Positions 45,913 to 54,998 of a stretch of DNA of 64,000 bases are shown here, one piece after another. The position numbers and the translations under genes are program-made. The notes beneath the pieces are model-generated. The model saw only the letters and a list, made by a program, of their open reading frames with translations, was not told the DNA's origin and searched no databases. The DNA is from Bacillota bacterium. Its GTDB lineage: Bacteria > Bacillota > Limnochordia > DTU087. The stretch is taken from NCBI GenBank assembly GCA_012519025.1, contig JAAYQZ010000032.1, positions 7-64,006 of the forward strand, given 5' to 3'. The number at the start of each line of letters is the position of its first letter. The stretch's first letter is position 1.

Positions 45913-46275
45913 ATGGCAAAAAGAGTCTTGGTGACTGACGATACTGCGTTTATGCGCATGAGCTTAAAAAATGTATTGGAGAAAAATGGGTATGAGGTAG
46001 TGGGAGAAGCCGCTGATGGTGAGGAGTCTGTCGAGCTTTTCAAGGAGCTTAAACCCGATGTGGTGACCATGGATATTACCATGCCGAAAATGGATGGGAT
46101 TACCGCTATCAAAAAGATATTGGAAGTTGATCCCGATGCTAAGGTAATTGTCTGCAGTGCCATGGGACAAAAACCTATGGTTCTTGAAGCCCTCAATGCC
46201 GGTGCCAAAGATTTTTTGGTCAAGCCATTTCAACCGGAGCGAATTATTGAGGCTTTGCGCAAGATCGCAGGTTAG
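45913..46275 (+). CDS. cheY: chemotaxis response regulator CheY
   Basis: 120-aa receiver domain: VLVTDDTAFMR, DVVTMDITMPKMDG and KDFLVKPF. Confidence 0.9.
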   Translation: MAKRVLVTDDTAFMRMSLKNVLEKNGYEVVGEAADGEESVELFKELKPDVVTMDITMPKMDGITAIKKILEVDPDAKVIVCSAMGQKPMVLEALNAGAKDFLVKPFQPERIIEALRKIAG

Positions 46276-46292
46276 AAAACGGAGGCGAGCAT

Positions 46293-46910
46293 ATGGGTGA
46301 AGAAGTCAAGCCGACTCCCATGGAGATGGATCTGCTCAAGGAGTTGGGCAACATTGGTGCAGGTAATGCCACGGCAGCACTTTCCAGTATGCTCTACGAT
46401 CGCAAGCTGGATATGGTAGTTCCGGAAGTTGCTTTTATGAGCCTGCCGGAAAGTATTGATCTAATCGGAGGTCCCGAGGCTCCGGTGGCCGGAATTTATA
46501 TTGAGGTTTCCGGAGATGTTCGCGGCCATATGGCGTTTTTACTGCCAATTGACTGTGCACAAGGATTGGTGGAGCAGCTTTTGGGCCATGAATTTGTGGA
46601 GTTTGATGAAATGAGCTGTTCTGTTTTAGAAGAAGTAGGGAATGTGGTAATTACCTCTTACCTGAACGCTCTTTCCAGTATGACTGATCTTATGATCAAA
46701 CCTTCTGTGCCCGGTTTGGCAATAGACATGGCCGGTGCCATTTGGGCCTCTATTTTAGTCGGCGCCGAGCTTACAGATGATTATATTACAGTTATTAAGT
46801 CTGCATTTTCTTCGGAAGGAAGACAAATTGCCGGTCACATTATGCTGGTTCCCGGTGAAGGTGGCTTCCATAAGTTTTTTAATATATTGCTGGGGACGGG
46901 TAGTAGGTGA
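46293..46910 (+). CDS. cheC: CheY-P phosphatase CheC
   Basis: Two CheC motifs: ELGNIGAGNATAALS and EEVGNVVITSYLNALS. About 205 aa. The stop overlaps cheD. Confidence 0.8.
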   Translation: MGEEVKPTPMEMDLLKELGNIGAGNATAALSSMLYDRKLDMVVPEVAFMSLPESIDLIGGPEAPVAGIYIEVSGDVRGHMAFLLPIDCAQGLVEQLLGHEFVEFDEMSCSVLEEVGNVVITSYLNALSSMTDLMIKPSVPGLAIDMAGAIWASILVGAELTDDYITVIKSAFSSEGRQIAGHIMLVPGEGGFHKFFNILLGTGSR

Positions 46911-47389
46911 TGGCAGAAAAGTTTGTCAATATGAGTGAGTTGAAAGTTGCAAAAGGTGAAGAAGTTTTAGTAACAGTGGGTTTGGGTTCCTGTGTAGGAG
47001 TGGCCATTTACGACAAGGGGCGCGGCGTAGGGGGCCTGGCCCACGTGTTTTTGTCAGAAAGCAAAAATGAAACAGATGTAAAACAGCCGGGCAAGTTTGC
47101 CGATACCGCCATACCTGCCCTGATCAGCGCGGTCACAGCTTTAGGAGGACGCCGCAGCGTTTTGGAGGCCAAAATTGCCGGTGGAGCCAACTTGTTTCCA
47201 AAATTAGCCAACTCCACCCTCAACGTTGGCAAACAAAACGTTGCGGCAGTTAAAAAGCACCTGGCCAAACACGGCATTGTCCTTAAAGGAATGGCCGTGG
47301 AGGGCAACAAAGGGCGCAAGATGACCTTTTATCCAAAAAACGGTATGGTATTGGTCCAAAGTATTGGTGAAAAGCCGGAGGAGATCTAA
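46907..47389 (+). CDS. cheD: chemoreceptor glutamine deamidase CheD
   Basis: GLGSCVGVAIYD (catalytic Cys context), LAHVFL and AKIAGGANLF. Confidence 0.85.
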   Translation: MMAEKFVNMSELKVAKGEEVLVTVGLGSCVGVAIYDKGRGVGGLAHVFLSESKNETDVKQPGKFADTAIPALISAVTALGGRRSVLEAKIAGGANLFPKLANSTLNVGKQNVAAVKKHLAKHGIVLKGMAVEGNKGRKMTFYPKNGMVLVQSIGEKPEEI

Positions 47390-47424
47390 AAATGTCGGCT
47401 TAAAGTTCTTTGAGAGGTGAAAAT

Positions 47425-48552
47425 ATGGCCAAAGCCAGGGTATTGGTAGTAGATGACTCAGCTTTTATGCGCAAAGTCATATCAGATATGATCGCCACAG
47501 AAGATACTTTTGCAGTCATAGGCACTGCCCGGGACGGCCTCGATGCTTTAAATAAGATTGAAAAATTGCAGCCGGATATCATTACACTTGATGTTGAGAT
47601 GCCCCGCAAAGATGGTTTATCCACTTTACGGGAAATAATGGCTAAAAGACCGGTGCCGGTAATCATGTTAAGCAGTTTGACCCAAACCGGTGCTAAGGCC
47701 ACCATGGAGGCTTTGGCGTTGGGGGCGGTAGATTTTGTCGCCAAACCATCCGGTTCTATATCCTTGGACATTGCGGATATTCAAGATGAACTGATCCAAA
47801 AATTAAAAGCAGCGGTGGGAGCCAAGGTGCAAACCGCTCGAACTGCCCGACCCACTGCATTATCTCGGTGGCCGGCATCGAGTTCCACAACCCCAACAAA
47901 AACCCCCACCCCCATGTCTGTTCGGGCCGCAGCAGAGGTAAGTATACCCCCAAGGTTCCCTTTAGGGAAAAAATCTGCTTTGGCAAACACAGTGATTGTG
48001 ATTGGTTCTTCCACCGGTGGACCGCGGGCATTAGAAGAGGTACTGCGCCAATTTCCTAAGGATTTATCCGCCGGAGTACTGATCGTTCAGCACATGCCGG
48101 CCGGATTTACTAAATCTATGGCAGAGCGACTTGATCAAGTCGCGGCCCTAGAGGTAAGAGAAGCAGAGGATGGCGATGAAGTGAAGGCCGGGGCTGTGTA
48201 TATAGCGCCGGGCGGCTACCATATGACTGTGTCTAAAGAGCGCATAATCAAATTAGACAAAGGTCCGCAAGTCAATTATGTGCGGCCATCTATTGATGTA
48301 ACCATGTTGAAATTACCTGAGGTATATGGAAACAGGCTTGTAGGTGTGATTTTAACGGGTATGGGGAAAGACGGTGCGGAGGGCATGGCAAAGATCAAAC
48401 AAGCAGGCGGTGTTACAATAGTACAAGACGAATACACGTCAACCATATACAGTATGCCAAGAGCGGTTGTGGAAACCGGTAATGCCGATTTTATCCTGCC
48501 CATCGGCCGTGTGGGTGATGCAGCTGTGCGGGCAGCAAGAAAACTAGAGTAA
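47425..48552 (+). CDS. cheB: protein-glutamate methylesterase/deamidase CheB
   Basis: Receiver domain (VLVVDDSAFMR, DIITLDVEMPRKDG), a Pro/Thr-rich linker, then the esterase domain (IGSSTGGPRAL, VQHMPAGFT, LTGMGKDGAEG). Confidence 0.9.
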   Translation: MAKARVLVVDDSAFMRKVISDMIATEDTFAVIGTARDGLDALNKIEKLQPDIITLDVEMPRKDGLSTLREIMAKRPVPVIMLSSLTQTGAKATMEALALGAVDFVAKPSGSISLDIADIQDELIQKLKAAVGAKVQTARTARPTALSRWPASSSTTPTKTPTPMSVRAAAEVSIPPRFPLGKKSALANTVIVIGSSTGGPRALEEVLRQFPKDLSAGVLIVQHMPAGFTKSMAERLDQVAALEVREAEDGDEVKAGAVYIAPGGYHMTVSKERIIKLDKGPQVNYVRPSIDVTMLKLPEVYGNRLVGVILTGMGKDGAEGMAKIKQAGGVTIVQDEYTSTIYSMPRAVVETGNADFILPIGRVGDAAVRAARKLE

Positions 48553-48565
48553 AGGTAGGTAGCCA

Positions 48566-49354
48566 ATGAGTGTTATTTTGACTGATGGGGATTACAAAAT
48601 TTTGAAGCAAAGCCTAAAAACTACCATTGGCTTGGATCTAAGCCAGTATAAACAACAGCAAATGCAGCGGCGAATCAGGCAGTGGTTGGATCGCACCGGA
48701 GTTAAGACATATAAAGAATATCTTAAAATACTGGAATCCAGTGAAGAGGAACGGCTGAAATTTACCGAATACCTGACGATCAATACATCCCAGTTTTATC
48801 GGGATGTTTCAGTGTTTAAGGAAATCGAGGAAAAAGTGCTGCCGGATCTGCTTCAGCGTTTCCGCAGGTTGAAAATTTGGAGTGCGGGAGCGTCCATAGG
48901 TGCCGAAATATATACTGTGGCCATGATCCTGCAAGAACTCAGCCCCAACACCGCCCATACGCTTTTAGGCACAGATTTTGATCAAAGTGCTTTGGTGAAA
49001 GCTGGAGCGGGGGTATATGGGGAGAACCTTTTGAACAGCCTGCCCAGTTTATATAAGAATAAATACTTTACCCAAGAAAACGGGTCTTTTAAAATCGATG
49101 CCGGCATCAAAGGCAAAGTTAGACTTAAAAGACACAACCTTTTGGAAGATTCCTATGAAAAAGGTTTTCATATGATTTTGTGCCGCAATGTTTTTATCTA
49201 TTTCACACCAGAGACCCAGGCCCGTTTGACCAAACAGTTTAGTGAATCCCTGGTACCCGGCGGCATTTTTGTTGTCGGCAGTGCCGAAAATCTGATGGCC
49301 CCGGAAACAGCGGATCTGAAGCGGGTTTCGTACTGCATTTATCAAAAGGATTGA
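48566..49354 (+). CDS. cheR: chemotaxis protein methyltransferase CheR
   Basis: TINTSQFYRD, SAM-binding KIWSAGASIGAEIYTVAMIL and ILCRNVFIYF. Confidence 0.9.
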   Translation: MSVILTDGDYKILKQSLKTTIGLDLSQYKQQQMQRRIRQWLDRTGVKTYKEYLKILESSEEERLKFTEYLTINTSQFYRDVSVFKEIEEKVLPDLLQRFRRLKIWSAGASIGAEIYTVAMILQELSPNTAHTLLGTDFDQSALVKAGAGVYGENLLNSLPSLYKNKYFTQENGSFKIDAGIKGKVRLKRHNLLEDSYEKGFHMILCRNVFIYFTPETQARLTKQFSESLVPGGIFVVGSAENLMAPETADLKRVSYCIYQKD

Positions 49355-50339
49355 GCTGTAGTTTGCTGAGGACATTACCTAATGTATCAACTGCCAAAGA
49401 GTGGGGGAGCAAATCAAGTTCCCGGCGGGCTTTTTGGCAGTATTTGTTAAACACGATCTGTGATTTTTCAATTCCATTACTGGTTTTGACCAACTCATAG
49501 GCAGCATCCCAATCCTCGGGCGATATGTAAGGTTTCTTCAAAATAGAACGCAGTCCAGTGTGTGCAGCAGATTGCAAAGCATAAATTACCGGTAAGGTGA
49601 AATTGCCCTTCCGCATATCGCTGGAGGTGGGTTTTCCCAATTCAGACTCCTGACCAGTAAAATCTAAAATGTCATCTCGAATTTGAAAAGCCATACCCAA
49701 ATAGGATCCAAAACGTCTGAGTCTTGCGACCACACTCTGTCCGGCCCCCGATTCCACTGCACCCAATGATGCACTAATGGCAAACAGTGCGGCTGTTTTG
49801 CCTTTAATTTTCCGCAGGTACTGCCGTATAGAAAGATCGACATTGTAGCGTTCAGAGTGCTGACATACTTCCGACTCACAGACAATTTTAAGGGCTCTTG
49901 CCAATTTTGCCAGGTGATCAACGCTTTTGCAGTCAGCTAACAAAAGTATACTGCGGGTAAACAAATAGTCCCCAGTATAAACGGCAACATCTTTACCAAA
50001 GCGTTCGTGGACAGCCGGCTGCCCTCTCCGATAGCGGGATTCGTCAATAATATCATCATGAATCAGTGTAGCCATATGCAGGATCTCCACGGCAGCTGCA
50101 ATATTCCGGATATTTCCAGAGGACTTAGGACCAAATGTAGAGGCAAGCAAGACTAACGCCGGTCTCAGCCTTTTTCCGCCTGCCGAGGCCAACTGGATGC
50201 CGGCTTGGGTCAGCGTATTCTCCCGGGATTTGACATGGTCAAAAATTATCTCTTCCACTTTTTCCAATTGGACCTGGAGTTCAAGGTTATCTTGCCAAAA
50301 ATCCAGTGTCATGATATTTGCTAGCCTCAACTTTCCCAA
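49239..50339 (-). CDS. polyprenyl diphosphate synthase (HepT/DmkB-like, long-chain trans-IPPS)
   Basis: First DDxxD in LIHDDIIDES and second in FQIRDDILDF, plus KRLRPAL. The last ~38 codons overlap the cheR 3' end and do not look family-like. Confidence 0.85.
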   Translation of the reverse strand: MGKLRLANIMTLDFWQDNLELQVQLEKVEEIIFDHVKSRENTLTQAGIQLASAGGKRLRPALVLLASTFGPKSSGNIRNIAAAVEILHMATLIHDDIIDESRYRRGQPAVHERFGKDVAVYTGDYLFTRSILLLADCKSVDHLAKLARALKIVCESEVCQHSERYNVDLSIRQYLRKIKGKTAALFAISASLGAVESGAGQSVVARLRRFGSYLGMAFQIRDDILDFTGQESELGKPTSSDMRKGNFTLPVIYALQSAAHTGLRSILKKPYISPEDWDAAYELVKTSNGIEKSQIVFNKYCQKARRELDLLPHSLAVDTLGNVLSKLQLNPFDKCSTKPASDPLFPGPSDFRHCRQQKCRRVPGIH

Positions 50340-50351
50340 GGTTGTACCAAC

Positions 50352-50906
50352 TCAGTGATGATCATCGGCCACCGGGGTCAGACGGGATCTTTTCAGTGCA
50401 TTGACAGTTAGATCGCTGATCACACCGATGAAAAACCCGGTGACCAGTGCAGAAACAACCAAAATAGGAAAATAAACAAATATATTAAAAGTCTCAACTA
50501 CCAGCCCTGCCATGAGAATCTGACCCAGGTTGTGGCAAAACGCCCCGGCCACACTGATGGCAGGTGTACTGAATATGTGCCTGTACTTCAAGAGAGCGGA
50601 CATAATTAGGAAACTTAAAATACCGCCCGCGAGACTAAAAAGTACGCTGCTTGCGCCGCCACCCAGCAAAGCACCTAAAAAGCTCCGCAAAAGCAGGATC
50701 AGCCAGGCATCACCCCAAGGCAAAATACTAAGAGCAACCAATGTGATGATGTTGGCAAGGCCCAGTTTGACACCGGGTGCCAATTGCGGCACAGGCAGCA
50801 GCCGCTCTATGCCGTGCAGCATCAAAGCTTGGGAAACGAAGACACCAATCCAAGTAATGCGGCGTACAGATAATGGGGTCTTTTTTCTTCTAGAACGCAA
50901 TGCCAT
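50352..50906 (-). CDS. Gx transporter family membrane protein (heptaprenyl diphosphate synthase component I-like, PF07456-type)
   Basis: About 5 TM segments with the GVKLGLANIITLVAL motif typical of this family. Overlaps the upstream gene by 17 nt. Confidence 0.7.
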   Translation of the reverse strand: MALRSRRKKTPLSVRRITWIGVFVSQALMLHGIERLLPVPQLAPGVKLGLANIITLVALSILPWGDAWLILLLRSFLGALLGGGASSVLFSLAGGILSFLIMSALLKYRHIFSTPAISVAGAFCHNLGQILMAGLVVETFNIFVYFPILVVSALVTGFFIGVISDLTVNALKRSRLTPVADDHH

Positions 50907-51318
50907 CGATCTCCTCTACTTCATCTTGAGCAGGTAAAATATTGATTAAAAGGCGGTTCGGCAAACAAATGATTGATTGGTAAGGGAGCGAGATCCAGCC
51001 CTGCTTTACATCAATCTGATCAGGGCATGATGCCTCAATGACACGTATGCGTCCATTCTCCACTCTGATAGTGTTGTAGTGACCTCCACCCAATTCCACG
51101 GTGAATTCATATGGAGCTTTCACTTTTTTAAGATCAACTCTGTGCACTTCTTGACCATCTGATGTAACAACGGCCACGGAAGCAGCAGTTTTGTTGCCGC
51201 TGACTGTAATGGCGGTACCTAAGGCAAAAATTGCGATGAGAACGGTGTAGATGATCAGATCACCGGGTTTGAAGTAGCGATTTTGCCAATTTCTGTGGTA
51301 CTTATTCATAGAGTTCAA
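50890..51318 (-). CDS. NusG domain II-like (DUF1312) membrane-anchored protein
   Basis: N-terminal TM segment (LIIYTVLIAIFALGTAITV) followed by a ~100-aa beta domain with ENGRIRVIEASCPDQIDVKQGWI. The family is recalled from frequent pairing with ApbE and Gx genes. Confidence 0.6.
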   Translation of the reverse strand: MNSMNKYHRNWQNRYFKPGDLIIYTVLIAIFALGTAITVSGNKTAASVAVVTSDGQEVHRVDLKKVKAPYEFTVELGGGHYNTIRVENGRIRVIEASCPDQIDVKQGWISLPYQSIICLPNRLLINILPAQDEVEEIDGIAF

Positions 51319-52336
51319 ATCCTTCTGCTAAAGATAAGAGCCGACCTTTCAGACCACTTGTCACATAAACCAGTCTGTTGTCGCCAACCAAGATCCCCTC
51401 GACATTGTCCAGGTTTTCCAAAAGTTCAAGGCCCTTTTCCATACCTAATATAAATACCCCCGTTGCAAGAGCATCTGCAGCAGTGGAAGACGGAGACACA
51501 ATCGTCACGCTGGCTAAACCGCTTTCCGCAGGATAACCGCTTACGGGATCCAGGATATGATGGTATCGTATGCCGTCCTCAATAAAGTATCTCTCATAAG
51601 GGCCTGAGGTCACAATGGAGGTATCCTCAACCTCCAAAACCGCCATGTGGGTGCCTCTGGGGGCCTCGGGATTTTGAATACCGATGCGCCAAGGAGTTCC
51701 ATCGGGCTTTGCCCCCAGCACATACACATTGCCGCCTAGATTTAAAAAGGCGCTCTTTACTCCCTGATTCCTCAAAAACGCTGCTGCCGCATCTGCGCCA
51801 TAACCCTTGGCAATAGCCCCCAGATCAATTCCCATACCGGCGGCACCAAGCTTAACTTGTCTCTTTTCGACATCAAGCTGAATATCATGGTAGTTGATCA
51901 GCTGTTTTCTCTCTTCAACTGCTTCAGCGGAAGGTAGGCTTGCCCGAGGGGTGCCTATGGCCCACAGTTCCACTAAAGGCCCGATACTGGGTTCAAAAAG
52001 CCCCTGGGTAAGTGCTGCATATTCAATGCTTGCTTGAATGACGTGAAATGTGTCTTGATCAACTTTTACCCAGCTTTCCCCGGCACTTGCATTAATTGCA
52101 TAGATATAACTGTCGGGATGTGTGCGGCTCATGGCATGATCCACTTCCTCAATGCGTTTAAAAGCACCCCGCATTGCACTTTGGCTTCCGAAGACCCGCA
52201 TTTCAACCAATGTTCCCATCAGCCACTGGCTGTCGGAAACTGCAGTTGGTGTTCGGTCATTAGTCAAAAGGGCCCAAAGAACCGCGCTGAGCAATAATAT
52301 TATGATGCTTAACTTAAGAATCCGATCGAGTTTCAT
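51302..52336 (-). CDS. apbE: FAD:protein FMN transferase ApbE, membrane-anchored / extracytoplasmic
   Basis: ApbE blocks GIDLGAIAKGY, LNLGGNV, HHILDPVSGYP and ADALATG. The N-terminal hydrophobic anchor is KLSIIILLLSAVLWALL. ATG 52336 lies 8 nt after GAGG, whereas the ORF track begins at 52366. Confidence 0.85.
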   Translation of the reverse strand: MKLDRILKLSIIILLLSAVLWALLTNDRTPTAVSDSQWLMGTLVEMRVFGSQSAMRGAFKRIEEVDHAMSRTHPDSYIYAINASAGESWVKVDQDTFHVIQASIEYAALTQGLFEPSIGPLVELWAIGTPRASLPSAEAVEERKQLINYHDIQLDVEKRQVKLGAAGMGIDLGAIAKGYGADAAAAFLRNQGVKSAFLNLGGNVYVLGAKPDGTPWRIGIQNPEAPRGTHMAVLEVEDTSIVTSGPYERYFIEDGIRYHHILDPVSGYPAESGLASVTIVSPSSTAADALATGVFILGMEKGLELLENLDNVEGILVGDNRLVYVTSGLKGRLLSLAEGFELYE

Positions 52337-52435
52337 AGATCTCGCCTCTAGATAAAATAGATTCACTGCAAATACCCCAAAAGTATATCACACTTAGCAA
52401 ACTATTGGTGTCCGGCGGTAGTGAGGACTGCCGGG

Positions 52436-53314
52436 CTAGGTTAATAAGTCCAAAACAGTAAAAACCATGAGAATTGGACTGACGATCTCATTTACGTTGT
52501 AGGCTGCAATCTTTACCTGGCCTAAATTATCGGGTGTGACAATAACGTGCTCATACAGTAAAAGCCCAGCGACAATCAAAAGCCCGACAAGATAAACATT
52601 CCCAAGTGGTACAAACCAACGCAGCATGTAAAGCAGCACCACAGAGAAAATATGCATAGCGGAAGAAATTTTTAAAGCCTTGGGAATACCGAAGGCCGCC
52701 GGAATCGAAAAAAGTCCCGTCTTTCTGTCAAACTCCACATCTAAAGTGCCGTATATTACGTCAAAACCGGCGACCCAAAGTGCAACAGCTGCTCCCAAAA
52801 GGAGGGCCGCAATTCCAATGGTGTTGGTAATGGCGATCCAGGCACCGACAGGTGCGCCGGCCACAGCCGCACCTAAAACAAGGTGACAAAGCCAAGTAAA
52901 TCGCTTTGTGTAGGAATAGATGAAAAAAATCAACATCGGTATAGGCAACAGCACTACATAGATGGGGTCCAGCTTATATGCTGCCAAAACAAGCACAGCA
53001 AAACAAGCTAAAGTGAAAACGGCCGCTTCAAAATATTTTATCAGGCCTTGGGGCAGATGGCGATGGCAGGTGCGGGGGTTTAGGGCATCAATATCTCGAT
53101 CAATGATGCGGTTGAGGGCATTGGCACCGTTTCGAGCCCCTAATACAGCCGCACAGATCCAAAACAGGCGCCCAAGATCCGGCAGCCCTCCGGCAGCCAT
53201 AAACGCGCCTGTTACAGCAAATGGGAAAGCGAATAAAGTGTGCCTGAACATGACCATATCTCCAAGCTGTTGAACTTTAGTCCAAGCCGTAACTGGCCCA
53301 CTTTTGACTGACAA
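52436..53314 (-). CDS. UbiA-family aromatic prenyltransferase (MqnP/MenA/DmkA-like)
   Basis: NRIIDRDIDALNPRT (NxxxDxxxD) and a polytopic membrane profile. TTG 53314 lies 9 nt after GAGGAGG, inside the ubiD 3' end (38-nt overlap). That start gives a family-typical ~292-aa protein beginning ...KVQQLGDMVMFRHTLFAFPF. Confidence 0.85.
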   Translation of the reverse strand: MSVKSGPVTAWTKVQQLGDMVMFRHTLFAFPFAVTGAFMAAGGLPDLGRLFWICAAVLGARNGANALNRIIDRDIDALNPRTCHRHLPQGLIKYFEAAVFTLACFAVLVLAAYKLDPIYVVLLPIPMLIFFIYSYTKRFTWLCHLVLGAAVAGAPVGAWIAITNTIGIAALLLGAAVALWVAGFDVIYGTLDVEFDRKTGLFSIPAAFGIPKALKISSAMHIFSVVLLYMLRWFVPLGNVYLVGLLIVAGLLLYEHVIVTPDNLGQVKIAAYNVNEIVSPILMVFTVLDLLT

Positions 53315-54719
53315 GTTCCTTGACCTCCTCAGACATGATAATATCCTGGGGCCATATGCGGGGGTGTCCCTCTTCAGGCCACTTTTTAGTAGCATCTATA
53401 CCCAGTTTGTGACCGTAATGCCTGTGGGGCGAGGCGTGGTCTAAAGCATCCAAAGGGCCATCCACAATAGTCAAATCCCGGGCGGCATCAATATTATTAA
53501 ACACTTTCCACATGACGGTGGAAAGATCAGATGGGCTGATATCACCATCAACGACAATGATCATTTTAGTAAACATCATTTGCCCCATGCCCCAAACGGC
53601 GTGCATGACTTTTTTTGCATGGCCGGGGAAGCGTTTGTTGATGGAAATAATGGCACAATTGTGAAACACCCCTTCCAGGGGCAGGTTGATATCGACAATT
53701 TCAGGCATCTGCAGTTTCAAAATCGGCAAAAAGATTCGTTCTGTGGCTTTTGCCATATAGCAATCTTCCATGGGAGGTTTGCCTACTACAGTCGCCGGAT
53801 AAATAGGATCACGGCGCCGGGTAATGCAGGTCAGATGAAAAACAGGGTAATGGTCCTGGAGTGAATAGTAGCCGGTGTGATCTCCAAAAGGTCCCTCCAG
53901 GCGTTTTTCATCGAGATCGACGTAGCCTTCTAAAATGAATTCAGCCTGGGCCGGCACCTCCAGATCAGAAGTAATACATTGCACAGTTTCCACACCTTGT
54001 TTCCGCAAAAACCCCGCAAACAACAATTCATCAATTTCTTTAGGAAGTGGTGCTGTTGCCGCGTAAATGGTGGCAGGGTCAGCCCCCAAAGCGACAGCTA
54101 CAGGCATGGGTTTTTCCACTTCTTTGTATTTTAAATAATTCTCCCGACCGTCTTTGTGAATGTGCCAATGCATACCGGTGGTTTTGCTGTCATATACATG
54201 CATACGATACATGCCCATATTCTGTTGATTGGTGACAGGATCTTTTGTGATCACTATAGGAAGCGTGATAAAGCGTCCACCATCCTGCGGCCAGCATTTT
54301 AAGATGGGCAAAGTATCCAGGTTTGGCTCTGTTTCAACAATTTCCTGGCAGGGCGCATGTCTGACTCTCTTGGGAAAAACACCGGCCAGATCCAGCAAAC
54401 GGGGCACAGCCTTGATTTTATTTAACAAGCCTGCATATGACGATACATCCAAAAGTTCTTCAATCTCTTTGGCGATCTCGTCAAGGTCGTTTACTCCAAG
54501 GGCAGTGGCCATCCTTTGGTATGAGCCCATGGAATTGATTAAGACAGGATAATCGGATCCTTGCACATTTTCAAACAAAAGTGCCGGACCACCGGCTTTA
54601 CAAATGCGATCAGTGATCTCAGTTATTTCAAGTTCCGGGTTGACTGCTGTTTGAACACGCCTCAGCTCACCTTGACGCTCTAAAATCTCGATAAATTCAC
54701 GCAGATTCTTAAAGGTCAA
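53277..54719 (-). CDS. UbiD-family (prFMN-dependent) decarboxylase, menaquinone/ubiquinone-type
   Basis: The family-typical N-terminus (M)TFKNLREFIEILERQGEL follows TTG 54719, which lies 6 nt after GGGGAG. GGPALLFENV and EIDELLFAGFLR are also present. The ORF track extends to 54794. Confidence 0.85.
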   Translation of the reverse strand: MTFKNLREFIEILERQGELRRVQTAVNPELEITEITDRICKAGGPALLFENVQGSDYPVLINSMGSYQRMATALGVNDLDEIAKEIEELLDVSSYAGLLNKIKAVPRLLDLAGVFPKRVRHAPCQEIVETEPNLDTLPILKCWPQDGGRFITLPIVITKDPVTNQQNMGMYRMHVYDSKTTGMHWHIHKDGRENYLKYKEVEKPMPVAVALGADPATIYAATAPLPKEIDELLFAGFLRKQGVETVQCITSDLEVPAQAEFILEGYVDLDEKRLEGPFGDHTGYYSLQDHYPVFHLTCITRRRDPIYPATVVGKPPMEDCYMAKATERIFLPILKLQMPEIVDINLPLEGVFHNCAIISINKRFPGHAKKVMHAVWGMGQMMFTKMIIVVDGDISPSDLSTVMWKVFNNIDAARDLTIVDGPLDALDHASPHRHYGHKLGIDATKKWPEEGHPRIWPQDIIMSEEVKELVSQKWASYGLD

Positions 54720-54838
54720 CTCATGCTCCCCTTTCATACCCCGGCTGATGTGGGAAAACGGTACTGCTTCTTCGCACATTGTAGCACAGTTCACACAGTG
54801 TTACCATGGATTTAGCCAAGATAACACAATGTCCCGAC

Positions 54839-54867
54839 TTAACTAATACTTCCCACTATGGTATAAT
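54839..54867 (+). promoter_or_regulatory. sigma-A promoter (extended -10) for the NDH-2 fusion gene
   Basis: TTAACT (54839-54844), a 17-nt spacer ending TGg, then TATAAT (54862-54867). It lies about 130 nt upstream of ATG 54999. Confidence 0.55.
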
Positions 54868-54998
54868 TACCCTATATTCACACTAGGTGCAATCTTACTT
54901 ATGACCGTGAAAAGCCAAGAGCTGATGGGTGGTTTTGATCGCAGATCAGATGATTTACTTTGTGAGGCTGTTAGCAGGGAAAGGAGTGGTGAAGAACC

